Numbered from the stretch's first letter, positions 1 through 12,478 are shown. The stretch: 64,000 bases of DNA from Opitutales bacterium (GCA_965226885.1 CBDDEL010000010.1:256001-320000); one strand, 5' to 3'. Notes: a model not told the origin generated them from the sequence alone. A program made the numbers and translations.

Positions 1-337
1 CCGTCAAATCCTCTCCTATGCCATTGGGCCTCGGGATTGGTATCGTTGCCGGGAACTTTACGAGCGTCTGCCACGGGCCTACAAAAGATGTGCCACCTAC
101 AGCGACTTTTGGAGCACTTATGATGAAGTCTTTCCTCATAACCGATCCGTGGGAAAAGAAACCGGTGAAACGGCCCATGTGGAACGATGGAACAATACCC
201 TGCGCCAACGACTGGGTCGTTTCACACGCAAAACCCTCTCCTTTTCCAAGCTTAAGAGTATGCATGAAACCTGTCTGAGACTTTTCATTCATCAATATAA
301 TCAAGAATTAGCCACCATTCCTACTTAATACACTACC
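1..337 (+). mobile_element. IS1-family element, 3' part (cut by window edge)
   Basis: Matches the 3' part of the complete copy at 55386-56187; ends in terminal IR ...TAATACACTACC. Confidence 0.93.
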
Positions 338-345
338 GAATTTTG

Positions 346-616
346 CTATTCCTGCATGAAAGTTTCCACACCAGCCTCACCACCTCCGTTGAAGAGGCAA
401 TAGACCTTACCGTCCTCATCTACGACAACTTCGGATTCGGAGTGTTCTTTGGCGGAATAGGACCAGCCACAAATGAAATCACCGTTGTTATTGTATTTCA
501 TGATGCTATAATACCCTTCGTCCCCTCGCTGGATGGCACCGTCATAACCTTCCTTATTGCGGACAGACAGGTAGGCGTTTCCCCATTTGTCTCCGGCCAC
601 ACTGTGGAAATAGCTA
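346..616 (-). pseudogene. C-terminal fragment of NHL-repeat protein (N-terminal part at 18985-20057)
   Basis: Reads SYFHSVAGDKWGNAY..., continuing in frame from ...GDPPNGP of the 18985-20057 fragment once the ISs and the TAGCTA and CTAG duplications are removed. Confidence 0.85.
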
Positions 617-756
617 GAGGCTGTCCCAAAAATATAAAGATTTTATAGTCAACTGGATGACGTTGATAAAAAGAGCCGGAAAGAGCAAGTTTTTGCTCGA
701 TCCGGCCAAAAAAGGGTTCTATAATTGAGTTAGCGAAAATCAATATAGCCCTTTCT

Positions 757-2244
757 ATGTCTATGAAAAATATAGCCATCCAATGCCTCCTGCGTCCAGC
801 TTTAACTGTGGTCGACCGGTGCCTCGATTACGATAACTTCCGCGCCACCATTGATCGAATCGATCGGCTGCTGATCGACTCGGAGGTGGAATCGCAGGCC
901 ATTGAGCTGGCCTTGGAGGGGTGGCAGCCAATGGGTCTAAAGGCCCGGCGGCAGCGGGCCAGTTTTGCCATCAAGGCACTGCGCATGGATACGCTGGGCC
1001 GTCTGCTCGGAGGGATTTCGTTTCGGCATTTGTCGCGGGCTCTGGGCAGCAGCGATCTGTTGGCCGACTTTTGCCGTGTCCGGCAGATCGATGGCATCAG
1101 GGGCATCTCCAAAAGCACCCTGGAGCGGGCCTCGAAGTTTTTCAGCGAAGAGCAGTTGAGGGCCTTGCACCGGACCTTGACTGAGGTGGTGGGCGATGCC
1201 CTTCTGGCCCGGCAGGTGGGATTGGACAAGCCGATTGACACCACCATTTGCCTGATCGACGGCACCTGTTTGGAGGCTAACATTCATTGGCCGACGGACT
1301 GGGTATTACTCAAGGATGTAGCCGGCACGTTGCTCAAAGCGATCCGGCTGATCCGCGAGAAGGCCGGTTTGCGCCATCGCATGCCGATCGAACCGAAGCC
1401 CTTGGCTCGGCAGATGAATCGGCTGTGCATACAGATGACCCACAGCCGGCGGCGAAAGGACAGCGCGCGGCAGCGCAAGGGTATCTTGAGGCAGATGAAA
1501 AAGCTGCTCAAACGGATCGGGGAGCATGCCCGCAGTCACCGGGAATTATTGCAAGCCTGCTGGGAGCAAAGCGATTACAGCGAAAAACAGGTCCAACAGA
1601 TCCTCGCCCGGATGGAGCGCATGAGCGAGCAAATCCCGGTGGTCATCAAACAGGCGCACGAGCGGATCATTGGCGGCCGCCAGGTGAAAAACGCAGAGAA
1701 AGTCTTGAGTGTTTACGAACTCGATGGGCAGGTGATTGTGCGAGGTAAAGCGGGCCAAGAGGTCGAGTTCGGCAACACCCTGTTTTTGGGAGAAAGCGTT
1801 GAAGGGTACCTGCTGGACTGGAAACTCTACGGCAGCCGAACTCCAAGCGAAAATGAACAAATGCAAGAGAGTTTGCAAAGACAGAACCGCTTCAACCTGG
1901 AAGAACCCATAGCGGCCATGTGCGCGGACCGGGGATTTGCCTCCCAGCGGGCCCGCCGGCAGTTAGCCCAGGAGGGAATCTACGACGCGCTCTGTCCACG
2001 CGATCCGAAGCAGTTGAAAAAACGGATGGAGGAACCACTGTTCAGACAATTGCAAAAGCGCCGGGCCAGCACCGAAGGGCGAATCGGGGTATTGAAGAAT
2101 CGCTGGCAGGCCGGGCGGTTGCGCAGCAAAGGCTTTGCCAACCGCTCGATCAGCGTAGCCTGGTCGGTACTCTCGCACAACCTATGGAAAGTAGCCAAGA
2201 TGCTGGCCCAGCAAGACGAACTAAAAACCAAAGCGGCGGCCTAG
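757..2244 (+). CDS. IS5-family DDE transposase
   Basis: 495 aa; motifs LIDGT, GKAGQEVEFG, ADRGF, RASTEGRIGVLK; family assigned from motif recall. Confidence 0.85.
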   Translation: MSMKNIAIQCLLRPALTVVDRCLDYDNFRATIDRIDRLLIDSEVESQAIELALEGWQPMGLKARRQRASFAIKALRMDTLGRLLGGISFRHLSRALGSSDLLADFCRVRQIDGIRGISKSTLERASKFFSEEQLRALHRTLTEVVGDALLARQVGLDKPIDTTICLIDGTCLEANIHWPTDWVLLKDVAGTLLKAIRLIREKAGLRHRMPIEPKPLARQMNRLCIQMTHSRRRKDSARQRKGILRQMKKLLKRIGEHARSHRELLQACWEQSDYSEKQVQQILARMERMSEQIPVVIKQAHERIIGGRQVKNAEKVLSVYELDGQVIVRGKAGQEVEFGNTLFLGESVEGYLLDWKLYGSRTPSENEQMQESLQRQNRFNLEEPIAAMCADRGFASQRARRQLAQEGIYDALCPRDPKQLKKRMEEPLFRQLQKRRASTEGRIGVLKNRWQAGRLRSKGFANRSISVAWSVLSHNLWKVAKMLAQQDELKTKAAA

Positions 2245-3811
2245 CCCGGATATTTCATGAAGGGTAAAGTTTGGCTCGTTATTGCTATTGGAGATGGATT
2301 TCTTTGTATTTTGAGCAGATCGTCTTGATTTTTAGGTGTTTTTCAGGGTGTAGAGACACTGCCCCCTTTCCCCCATTGGTTCGGTAGTGCCGGGGGCAGC
2401 ACCAATGCACCCTTTAGGTTGGCACCAATCGGCGGGCCGCATGGTTGAAAAGACTGGCCCAAGGATAACTCTCACTTAGGTGAAAGTGAATCGTTCGGGT
2501 GTTGCGCACGATGACCGCTCCGATCTTGATTAATTTGAGCCGCAGGGTGTGGCATTGGGCCCGCGCCCACTTCGTCCCTTTTAAGGCTAACCGGCGCATG
2601 GCTTCCATCAAGGTGTAGGCCAGCGCCGACAAGAGCAATCGCCACTGATTGGCCCACCATTGATGGGCGCTGGTGCGCTCGCTGAACAATTGCATCTGTT
2701 CCTTGATTCGGTTCTCCATTTCACCGCGGCCACAGTATACCTTGTCGTAAAGCTCCTGGGGATCGCCCGGCAGGTTCGTCACCACGAAGCGCGGGTTGGA
2801 CCCCTGTGCGGTGTGTTCGGCTTTATGGATGACCAACCGCAGCCATCGCCACGAATCGGCAGCATAGACGAAGTCCTGGAATAACCGTTGTTTTTTACCC
2901 CTTAGTTCGAACCATTCTTTGGCCTGCTTTTGCAACTGCTGGGCGTCTTGCTGCAAGCGTGCATTGCGAGCCATCCCCACGATGTAACTAACTTCGTTGC
3001 GGTCGCACCAAGAGAGTATCCGGTCTCGACAAAATCCACTGTCGGCGCGCCAAATAATCCGCGTACGGGGCCAGCTTTGGCGAATCCGTTTAACCAGCAA
3101 TTTGAGGATGGCCCCGGCATGCTTGCTGGCATCGATCTTGCTCGGCCGCAGGTAGGCCACCAGCAGCTGATCACCGCAAAAAACATATAGCGGCAGAAAA
3201 CAGTAATGATCATAATAACCGTGGAAAAAACGTCCCTCCTGGAGCCCGTGCACCGGATTGTCGGTGGCGTCAAAGTCCAGGATGATCTCTTCGGGTTCCT
3301 CGGCAAAGGAGCCCATGAACTGTTCGACCAACAGCTCGTTTACCGCAAAGGCCGCCCGCCGATCCTGCCCGTTTTCAAAACGACACAAAGTCGGCGCGCT
3401 GGCCAACGTTTCAATGCGCCCCGTTACCGTTTGCAACAATGGATCGTGGCGCAGGGTATCAAAGTCGTTCAAATCCTCATAGCCCGCCACCAGCCCGTAA
3501 ACGCGCTGCCGCAGCATCCCCAATACCTCATGGCGTACTTTGCCCTTCTGCCGTTTGTCCACTAACTGTCGGGCCGCTCGTTCGGTCAAGCCCAACTGCC
3601 GATCCACTTCCCGGATCAAAAGCAGTCCGGCATCCGAAGTAACCTCTCCGCCCTTGAAATCAACCCGCACACGGCGGCCTTTTACCCTTGTCAACTGTAG
3701 CTTTAATTGTTTACCTTTTGTCATCGCTGATATTGCTTTAATTATTGATCTATCCTGCTGTATATCAGCAGTTAAGCATATCAACGATACTTTTTTTACG
3801 AAATATCCGGG
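2245..3811 (-). mobile_element. IS1380-family element copy 1 (intact transposase 2414-3784)
   Basis: IRs CCCGGATATTTC/GAAATATCCGGG; CTAG duplicated; 456-aa ORF with TSDAG, LDFDATD, RADSGF, YCGRGEMENRIKE. Confidence 0.95.
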
Positions 3812-4033
3812 CTAGAGAGCGGGGCGGCCTAGAGAGCGGAAAAGCAAGGACAATACTTTTTCACAGCCGTACTGTCGGCTCATACAAAGAAAACCAGGCA
3901 GCCGGACCCCAAAACCAGTATCCTAACGTTATAGGAGAGCAAAGTTGATACTCTCCCAAATGCAAATACCTCTAAAATGAGCGCCTATCAAAAGCCCTCG
4001 CAAAAATCACCCTTTTGGGACAGCCTCTAATTA

Positions 4034-4139
4034 GAGGCTGTCAAAATAGAGGCTGTCAAAAAATATAAAGATTTTGTACTCAATTATATGACGTTTATAA
4101 GAATAGACTTAAAGAGCAAGTTTTTGCTCGATCCGGCCA
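4034..4139 (+). mobile_element. Diverged left-end remnant of a related IS5-like element
   Basis: GAGGCTGTCAAAA (twice) followed by a diverged version of 617-707; no ORF. Confidence 0.75.
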
Positions 4140-4901
4140 CTACCCGAAGAGATAATGGAATATTCTCTGGTTGGGATTTAAATCGAAAAATCCCTACTGA
4201 AACGCCCGACCATCACCCCATGCGATAGACGAACAGGTCAATCGGCTCAATAATCGGCTCCAGATTCGATTCCTTTTTCAAATCCGCAGCCATGCTTTTC
4301 AACCCAGTCGAAAATTCATCATCCGAAATCGCCGCAAGCTCAGATAATGCTCGATGCTTAACCTTCTCATACATCGCTTGGAAATTCTCGGCAAATTCAC
4401 TTTCGATCACATCGTGGGCGATCAAATCAAATCCTTGGTCTGAAAAGACGCTCTTCAGATTATATGCAGATGGTAGCATTTCCAAATCGACAACCCCTGC
4501 TCCCGGGAAATAATCCAAAATGCAGCCCGATTCAATAATTCCACTGTTGGGTTGCGCACACACGCGTAACCACCATTTCTCAACACTCTTTGGAATTCCT
4601 GCAATGCGCGGTCAACATCCACAATGTGGTGCCATACCATTGAAAGGAAAACCAAATCCACCGTTCCGTCACCAATCGGAATATCTTCTGCCGATCCCTT
4701 TTTGAATACGAACCTTTCCCCCACCAAAGACTCGATTGCCTGCGTCAGCATTCTGGTAGACGGATCAATCCCGATCAGTCGTGCATCAAACCGCTCTGAC
4801 AAAGCTTCAGAAAACCTTCCTGTTCCACATCCCAAATCAAGAATCGACTCAATCTCAGAAGGATCGATGTGCCGTTCAATCGCATCCATCCACAGAGCTA
4901 G

Positions 4902-6469
4902 CCCGGATATTTTGTAAAAAAAGTATCGTTGATATGCTTAACTGCTGATATACAGCAGGATAGATCAATAATTAAAGCAATATCAGCGATGACAAAAGGT
5001 AAACAATTAAAGCTACAGTTGACAAGGGTAAAAGGCCGCCGTGTGCGGGTTGATTTCAAGGGCGGAGAGGTTACTTCGGATGCCGGACTGCTTTTGATCC
5101 GGGAAGTGGATCGGCAGTTGGGCTTGACCGAACGAGCGGCCCGACAGTTAGTGGACAAACGGCAGAAGGGCAAAGTACGCCATGAGGTATTGGGGATGCT
5201 GCGGCAGCGCGTTTACGGGCTGGTGGCGGGCTATGAGGATTTGAACGACTTTGATACCCTGCGCCACGATCCATTGTTGCAAACGGTAACGGGGCGCATT
5301 GAAACGTTGGCCAGCGCGCCGACTTTGTGTCGTTTTGAAAACGGGCAGGATCGGCGGGCGGCCTTTGCGGTAAACGAGCTGTTGGTCGAACAGTTCATGG
5401 GCTCCTTTGCCGAGGAACCCGAAGAGATCATCCTGGACTTTGACGCCACCGACAATCCGGTGCACGGGCTCCAGGAGGGACGTTTTTTTCCACGGTTATT
5501 ATGATCATTACTGTTTTCTGCCGCTATATGTTTTTTGCGGTGATCAGCTGCTGGTGGCCTACCTGCGGCCGAGCAAGATCGATGCCAGCAAGCATGCCGG
5601 GGCCATCCTCAAATTGCTGGTTAAACGGATTCGCCAAAGCTGGCCCCGTACGCGGATTATTTGGCGCGCCGACAGTGGATTTTGTCGAGACCGGATACTC
5701 TCTTGGTGCGACCGCAACGAAGTTAGTTACATCGTGGGGATGGCTCGCAATGCACGCTTGCAGCAAGACGCCCAGCAGTTGCAAAAGCAGGCCAAAGAAT
5801 GGTTCGAACTAAGGGGTAAAAAACAACGGTTATTCCAGGACTTCGTCTATGCTGCCGATTCGTGGCGATGGCTGCGGTTGGTCATCCATAAAGCCGAACA
5901 CACCGCACAGGGGTCCAACCCGCGCTTCGTGGTGACGAACCTGCCGGGCGATCCCCAGGAGCTTTACGACAAGGTATACTGTGGCCGCGGTGAAATGGAG
6001 AACCGAATCAAGGAACAGATGCAATTGTTCAGCGAGCGCACCAGCGCCCATCAATGGTGGGCCAATCAGTGGCGATTGCTCTTGTCGGCGCTGGCCTACA
6101 CCTTGATGGAAGCCATGCGCCGGTTAGCCTTAAAAGGGACGAAGTGGGCGCGGGCCCAATGCCACACCCTGCGGCTCAAATTAATCAAGATCGGAGCGGT
6201 CATCGTGCGCAACACCCGAACGATTCACTTTCACCTAAGTGAGAGTTATCCTTGGGCCAGTCTTTTCAACCATGCGGCCCGCCGATTGGTGCCAACCTAA
6301 AGGGTGCATTGGTGCTGCCCCCGGCACTACCGAACCAATGGGGGAAAGGGGGCAGTGTCTCTACACCCTGAAAAACACCTAAAAATCAAGACGATCTGCT
6401 CAAAATACAAAGAAATCCATCTCCAATAGCAATAACGAGCCAAACTTTACCCTTCATGAAATATCCGGG
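4902..6469 (+). mobile_element. IS1380-family element copy 2 (frameshifted transposase)
   Basis: Both IRs; extra T in the T-run near 5484-5489 splits the ORF. Confidence 0.95.
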
Positions 6470-6473
6470 TTAG

Positions 6474-8042
6474 CCCGGATATTTCGTAAAAAAAGTATCG
6501 TTGATATGCTTAACTGCTGATATACAGCAGGATAGATCAATAATTAAAGCAATATCAGCGATGACAAAAGGTAAACAATTAAAGCTACAGTTGACAAGGG
6601 TAAAAGGCCGCCGTGTGCGGGTTGATTTCAAGGGCGGAGAGGTTACTTCGGATGCCGGACTGCTTTTGATCCGGGAAGTGGATCGGCAGTTGGGCTTGAC
6701 CGAACGAGCGGCCCGACAGTTAGTGGACAAACGGCAGAAGGGCAAAGTACGCCATGAGGTATTGGGGATGCTGCGGCAGCGCGTTTACGGGCTGGTGGCG
6801 GGCTATGAGGATTTGAACGACTTTGATACCCTGCGCCACGATCCATTGTTGCAAACGGTAACGGGGCGCATTGAAACGTTGGCCAGCGCGCCGACTGTGT
6901 GTCGTTTTGAAAACGGGGCAGGATCGGCGGGCGGCCTTTGCGGTAAACGAGCTGTTGGTCGAACAGTTCATGGGCTCCTTTGCCGAGGAACCCGAAGAGA
7001 TCATCCTGGACTTTGACGCCACCGACAATCCGGTGCACGGGCTCCAGGAGGGACGTTTTTTCCACGGTTATTATGATCATTACTGTTTTCTGCCGCTATA
7101 TGTTTTTTGCGGTGATCAGCTGCTGGTGGCCTACCTGCGGCCGAGCAAGATCGATGCCAGCAAGCATGCCGGGGCCATCCTCAAATTGCTGGTTAAACGG
7201 ATGCGCCAAAGCTGGCCCCGTACGCGGATTATTTGGCGCGCCGACAGTGGATTTTGTCGAGACCGGATACTCTCTTGGTGCGACCGCTACGAAGTTAGTT
7301 ACATCGTGGGGATGGCTCGCAATGCACGCTTGCAGCAAGACGCCCAGCAGTTGCAAAAGCAGGCCAAAGAATGGTTCGAACTAAGGGGTAAAAAACAACG
7401 GTTATTCCAGGACTTCGTCTATGCTGTCGATTCGTGGCGATGGCTGCGGTTGGTCATCCATAAAGCCGAACACACCGCACAGGGGTCCAACCCGCGCTTC
7501 GTGGTGACGAACCTGCCGGGCGATCCCCAGGAGCTTTACGACAAGGTATACTGTGGCCGCGGTGAAATGGAGAACCGAATCAAGGAACAGATGCAATTGT
7601 TCAGCGAGCGCACCAGCGCCCATCAATGGTGGGCCAATCAGTGGCGATTGCTCTTGTCGGCGCTGGCCTACACCTTGATGGAAGCCATGCGCCGGTTAGC
7701 CTTAAAAGGGACGAAGTGGGCGCGGGCCCAATGGCACACCCTGCGGCTCAAATTAATCAAGATCGGAGCGGTCATCGTGCGCAACACCCGAACGATTCAC
7801 TTTCACCTAAGTGAGAGTTATCCTTGGGCCAGTCTTTTCAACCATGCGGCCCGCCGATTGGTGCCAACCTAAAGGGTGCATTGGTGCTGCCCCCCGGCAC
7901 TACCGAACCAATGGGGGAAAGGGGGCAGTGTCTCTACACCCTGAAAAACACCTAAAAATCAAGACGATCTGCTCAAAATACAAAGAAATCCATCTCCAAT
8001 AGCAATAACGAGCCAAACTTTACCCTTCATGAAATATCCGGG
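6474..8042 (+). mobile_element. IS1380-family element copy 3 (frameshifted, several substitutions)
   Basis: Both IRs; extra G near 6915; head-to-tail with copy 2 through TTAG. Confidence 0.95.
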
Positions 8043-8144
8043 CTAGTCCCGCGTCCCCTATTTCGCGTCCCTTCTTGTAGGATTCAGGAATTGTTGTTTG
8101 ATCGTAGTCCATCGCCATTAACCTGTAAAAGTCAGGATTTGACC

Positions 8145-9472
8145 TGACGTGTACTGGATTTGTTGGACACGGGATTCTCTTATATTCATTGTTTATTGAT
8201 TAGTGTGTCAGGCGGCTTGTTTTGGTAAAGGGTTTTGTTTTCTCGTTGCCCCCCATGGGGGGCAAATATTTTCCTCGAATTGGACTGGGCTTTGGTAACT
8301 CAGAGAGGAATGTTTGCGATATCGGTTGTAGAAGATTTCCACGTATTCGAAGACAGTTGATCGCAGTTCGCGCTCGTCGGCAAAGTGGCGGCCTCGAATC
8401 GTGCTGGTCTTGAAGCGGCCGTAGAACGATTCCATGGCCGCGTTGTCGTAGCAGTTGCCTTGGGCGCTCATGCTCGGCTTCATGCCTAGTTCAGAGACCA
8501 GCCTCTGATAGTCGTCGCTGGCGTAGGGGCTGCCCCGATCGCTGTGATGAATAATCCCGGTGCGCAGTGTGCCGCGGGTCATGGCCGCGGCTTTGAGGGC
8601 CTTGCCAACCAGCTTCGCGTCGTTGTGGTTGGAAACGCTCCAGCCCAGCAGGCGTCGGCTGAACAGGTCCATCACCGTGGCCAAGTACATCCAACCGGCC
8701 AGGGTCCGTAGGTAGGTCGTGTCCGCCACCCAGACCTCGTCGATATGGGTCGGCTGGCCATGCTTTTTAAGCACATTGGGGCTGTAACCATAGGGATGGT
8801 TACTGTTGGTTTTTAATGGCTTAAAGCGTTTACTCTGGGTGCTTTTGATTCCCATTTCACGCATCAGACGCAGAGCCCGGTCACGGCCGCAATCGATGCC
8901 CTCATCATCCTTCAGATGGCGGTGCATTGGCCGATGCCCATAGCGGCCCTTGGCCTCTTTGTGTACCTTCAGGATCGCCCCCTTGATTCCCTCGTCCTCG
9001 ATCCGCCGGGCCGAGGGCGCTCGGTGCCTCCAGCAGTAATAGCCACTGCGACAAATCCCCATCGCCGAGCATATTTCCTCGATCTTGAAGCGCCCCTCGT
9101 TGTCTTTGACAAACTGGTACTTCATTGTTCGTCCTTGGCAAAGTAGCCCACCGTTTTTTTTAGTATCTGGTTGATCCGCTCCGAGCGGCGCAGCTCTTTG
9201 CGAAGACGATCTATCTCGGCCGCCATCTCCTTCGGACTGCTCTGTCGCTTTGAGGTGGCTTCGCCCTGCTGATCGTCCAGATAGAGCCTCTTCCACCTAT
9301 ACAATTGGTTGGTGTTGACCCCAAGTTTGGTCGATACCTCGGTGGCGCTCAGACCATCGAGTATCATCAGTTGAACTGCCTCATTTTTGAACTCTATACT
9401 AAAGCGTCTTCTTCCCATGCTTCGATTCTCCATTTAGGAGAATCTCGTGTCCACTTTTTCCAGTGCACATCA
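8145..9472 (-). mobile_element. IS3-family element (orfA 9122-9433, orfB ending 8208)
   Basis: TG...CA imperfect IRs, ACC target duplication, HTH orfA, rve-type orfB (WVADTTY, HHSDRGS, DNAAMESF), A8 run near 9154-9161 as likely -1 frameshift site. Confidence 0.93.
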
Positions 9473-10088
9473 ACCCAACAGCCAATGTCTGTCTTTGTTG
9501 GAGTGGTCGTTAACATAACAATAGTGGTTTCAGGTTATCTGACGCTGTCCGATAGGTCAAGTAGCGGCAACTACAAGTTATTGCCGGGTAAGAAGTCTTT
9601 GCCCTCATCCCGCCTCTCAAACCTCACATCGCCACCATCCATAACTGCGAATTCCGGATTAACGTTCAAAAACCAGCTTCCCTCCGATAAAAGTTTTTTT
9701 CGACCTTGATATCCTTTATAAAGTCAAGTGGGGTATGAGTTGGATCATCCGTGAGCATCACGAAATCGGCCAGTTTTCCGTTGGTAATCGAGCCTTTGAT
9801 CTTTTCGTCAAACGAGGCCAACGCGCTTCCCATAGTCCAAATCCAGAGCGCTTCCTGGACAGAGATTTTTTGTTTGGCTCCATAGACTTTGCCTTCCGCT
9901 GATTTGCGTGTTACTAAACTCTGAATCCGCAGCATCGGATCGGCCGCGCTGACGCCGTAATCGGAGTTGCCAGCCACAACGATGCCCAAATCCAGGGCCG
10001 ACCGGTTGGCGTGCATCATGTTCCAACGCCTTTCACCGTATTCTTCCATTTTGTCCCCGTGTTCGTAGATATAAGAATGAAGAGCTAA

Positions 10089-11657
10089 CCCGGATATTTC
10101 GTAAAAAAAGTATCGTTGATATGCTTAACTGCTGATATACAGCAGGATAGATCAATAATTAAAGCAATATCAGCGATGACAAAAGGTAAACAATTAAAGC
10201 TACAGTTGACAAGGGTAAAAGGCCGCCGTGTGCGGGTTGATTTCAAGGGCGGAGAGGTTACTTCGGATGCCGGACTGCTTTTGATCCGGGAAGTGGATCG
10301 GCAGTTGGGCTTGACCGAACGAGCGGCCCGACAGTTAGTGGACAAACGGCAGAAGGGCAAAGTACGCCATGAGGTATTGGGGATGCTGCGGCAGCGCGTT
10401 TACGGGCTGGTGGCGGGCTATGAGGATTTGAACGACTTTGATACCCTGCGCCACGATCCATTGTTGCAAACGGTAACGGGGCGCATTGAAACGTTGGCCA
10501 GCGCGCCGACTTTGTGTCGTTTTGAAAACGGGCAGGATCGGCGGGCGGCCTTTGCGGTAAACGAGCTGTTGGTCGAACAGTTCATGGGCTCCTTTGCCGA
10601 GGAACCCGAAGAGATCATCCTGGACTTTGACGCCACCGACACTCCGGTGCACGGGCTCCAGGAGGGACGTTTTTTCCACGGTTATTATGATCATTACTGT
10701 TTTCTGCCGCTATATGTTTTTTGCGGTGATCAGCTGCTGGTGGCCTACCTGCGGCCGAGCAAGATCGATGCCAGCAAGCATGCCGGGGCCATCCTCAAAT
10801 TGCTGGTTAAACGGATTCGCCAAAGCTGGCCCCGTACGCGGATTATTTGGCGCGCCGACAGTGGATTTTGTCGAGACCGGATACTCTCTTGGTGCGACCG
10901 CAACGAAGGTTAGTTACATCGTGGGGATGGCTCGCAATGCACGCTTGCAGCAAGACGCCCAGCAGTTGCAAAAGCAGGCCAAAGAATGGTTCGAACTAAG
11001 GGGTAAAAAACAACGGTTATTCCAGGACTTCGTCTATGCTGCCGATTCGTGGCGATGGCTGCGGTTGGTCATCCATAAAGCCGAACACACCGCACAGGGG
11101 TCCAACCCGCGCTTCGTGGTGACGAACCTGCCGGGCGATCCCCAGGAGCTTTACGACAAGGTATACTGTGGCCGCGGTGAAATGGAGAACCGAATCAAGG
11201 AACAGATGCAATTGTTCAGCGAGCGCACCAGCGCCCATCAATGGTGGGCCAATCAGTGGCCGATTGCTCTTGTCGGCGCTGGCCTACACCTTGATGGAAG
11301 CCATGCGCCGGTTAGCCTTAAAAGGGACGAAGTGGGCGCGGGCCCAATGCCACACCCTGCGGCTCAAATTAATCAAGATCGGAGCGGTCATCGTGCGCAA
11401 CACCCGAACGATTCACTTTCACCTAAGTGAGAGTTATCCTTGGGCCAGTCTTTTCAACCATGCGGCCCGCCGATTGGTGCCAACCTAAAGGGTGCATTGG
11501 TGCTGCCCCCGGCACTACCGAACCAATGGGGGAAAGGGGGCAGTGTCTCTACACCCTGAAAAACACCTAAAAATCAAGACGATCTGCTCAAAATACAAAG
11601 AAATCCATCTCCAATAGCAATAACGAGCCAAACTTTACCCTTCATGAAATATCCGGG
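10089..11657 (+). mobile_element. IS1380-family element copy 4 (two frameshifts)
   Basis: Both IRs; 1-bp insertions near 10908 and 11260. Confidence 0.95.
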
Positions 11658-12003
11658 CTAAAGGGTGCATTGGTGCTGCCCCCGGCACTACCGAACCAAT
11701 GGGGGAAAGGGGGCAGTGTCTCTACACCCTGAAAAACACCTAAAAATCAAGACGATCTGCTCAAAATACAAAGAAATCCATCTCCAATAGCAATAACGAG
11801 CCAAACTTTACCCTTCATGAAATATCCGGGCTAAAGGGTGCATTGGTGCTGCCCCCGGCACTACCGAACCAATGGGGGAAAGGGGGCAGTGTCTCTACAC
11901 CCTGAAAAACACCTAAAAATCAAGACGATCTGCTCAAAATACAAAGAAATCCATCTCCAATAGCAATAACGAGCCAAACTTTACCCTTCATGAAATATCC
12001 GGG
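11485..12003 (+). repeat. Three tandem 173-bp units, each CTAA plus the IS1380 3' untranslated end
   Basis: Units 11485-11657, 11658-11830, 11831-12003, each ending in the right IR. Confidence 0.95.
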
Positions 12004-12478
12004 TTAGTTGTGTCCTGGGCAACACCCTGTCCTTGGGCGTACATCTGCCCTAGAGTGAGTTGCGCCATCGGATAATCCTGGTCTGCTGACCGTTGAATCC
12101 AATTAAGTGCCAGTTCTAAATCCTGATCCACGCCATCACCGTTGAGGTAGATTACACCGAGATTGTATTGGGCAACGGAGTAACCTTGCTCAGCCGCATG
12201 GGTAAACCATTGAAGCGCTTTTTTATAATTGCGGGATACGCCCTCGCCCTCGAAATACATCCAGGCCACATCCCGTTGGGCTTCCAGATGACCTTGATCG
12301 GCCGCATGGCGAAACCATTTGAGCGCGGCTCGATAATTTCTGGATCCACCTTCGCCAATGTAAAACATCAAAGCAATATTTACCTGTGCCTCCGGGTAGC
12401 CCTGCTTGGCTGCTCTTAAAAACCACTTTTGGGCTAGTTTGAAATCCTGCGGCACACCTTCGCCCTCATAATACAATA
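12004..12478 (-). pseudogene. Internal fragment of a Sel1-like repeat protein
   Basis: About four repeats such as AQYNLGVIYLNGDGVDQD and WFRHAADQG; truncated at both ends by IS ends. Confidence 0.88.

Larger units (their letters stand above)
617..4027 (+). mobile_element. IS5-like element copy A, with an IS1380 inserted at its transposase stop codon
   Basis: Terminal IRs GAGGCTGTCCCAAAA / TTTTGGGACAGCCTC; near-identical to the 1817-bp copies at 15594 and 58720. Confidence 0.93.
4213..8118 (-). pseudogene. Class I SAM-dependent methyltransferase, interrupted by an IS1380 dimer and frameshifted
   Basis: MAMDYDQTTIPESYKKGR... (8118-8043) joins in frame across the CTAG duplication to LWMDAIERH...ILDLGCGTG; 1-bp frameshift in a homopolymer near 4517-4520. 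Confidence 0.88.

Noticed and set aside
6450..6500. Strong hybrid promoter at the IS1380 dimer junction
   Set aside because: I could not find -35/-10 hexamers at canonical spacing across the junction by eye
11485..12003. CRISPR-like or ncRNA array
   Set aside because: Units are 173-bp IS1380 right ends with no unique spacers, and no cas genes are present
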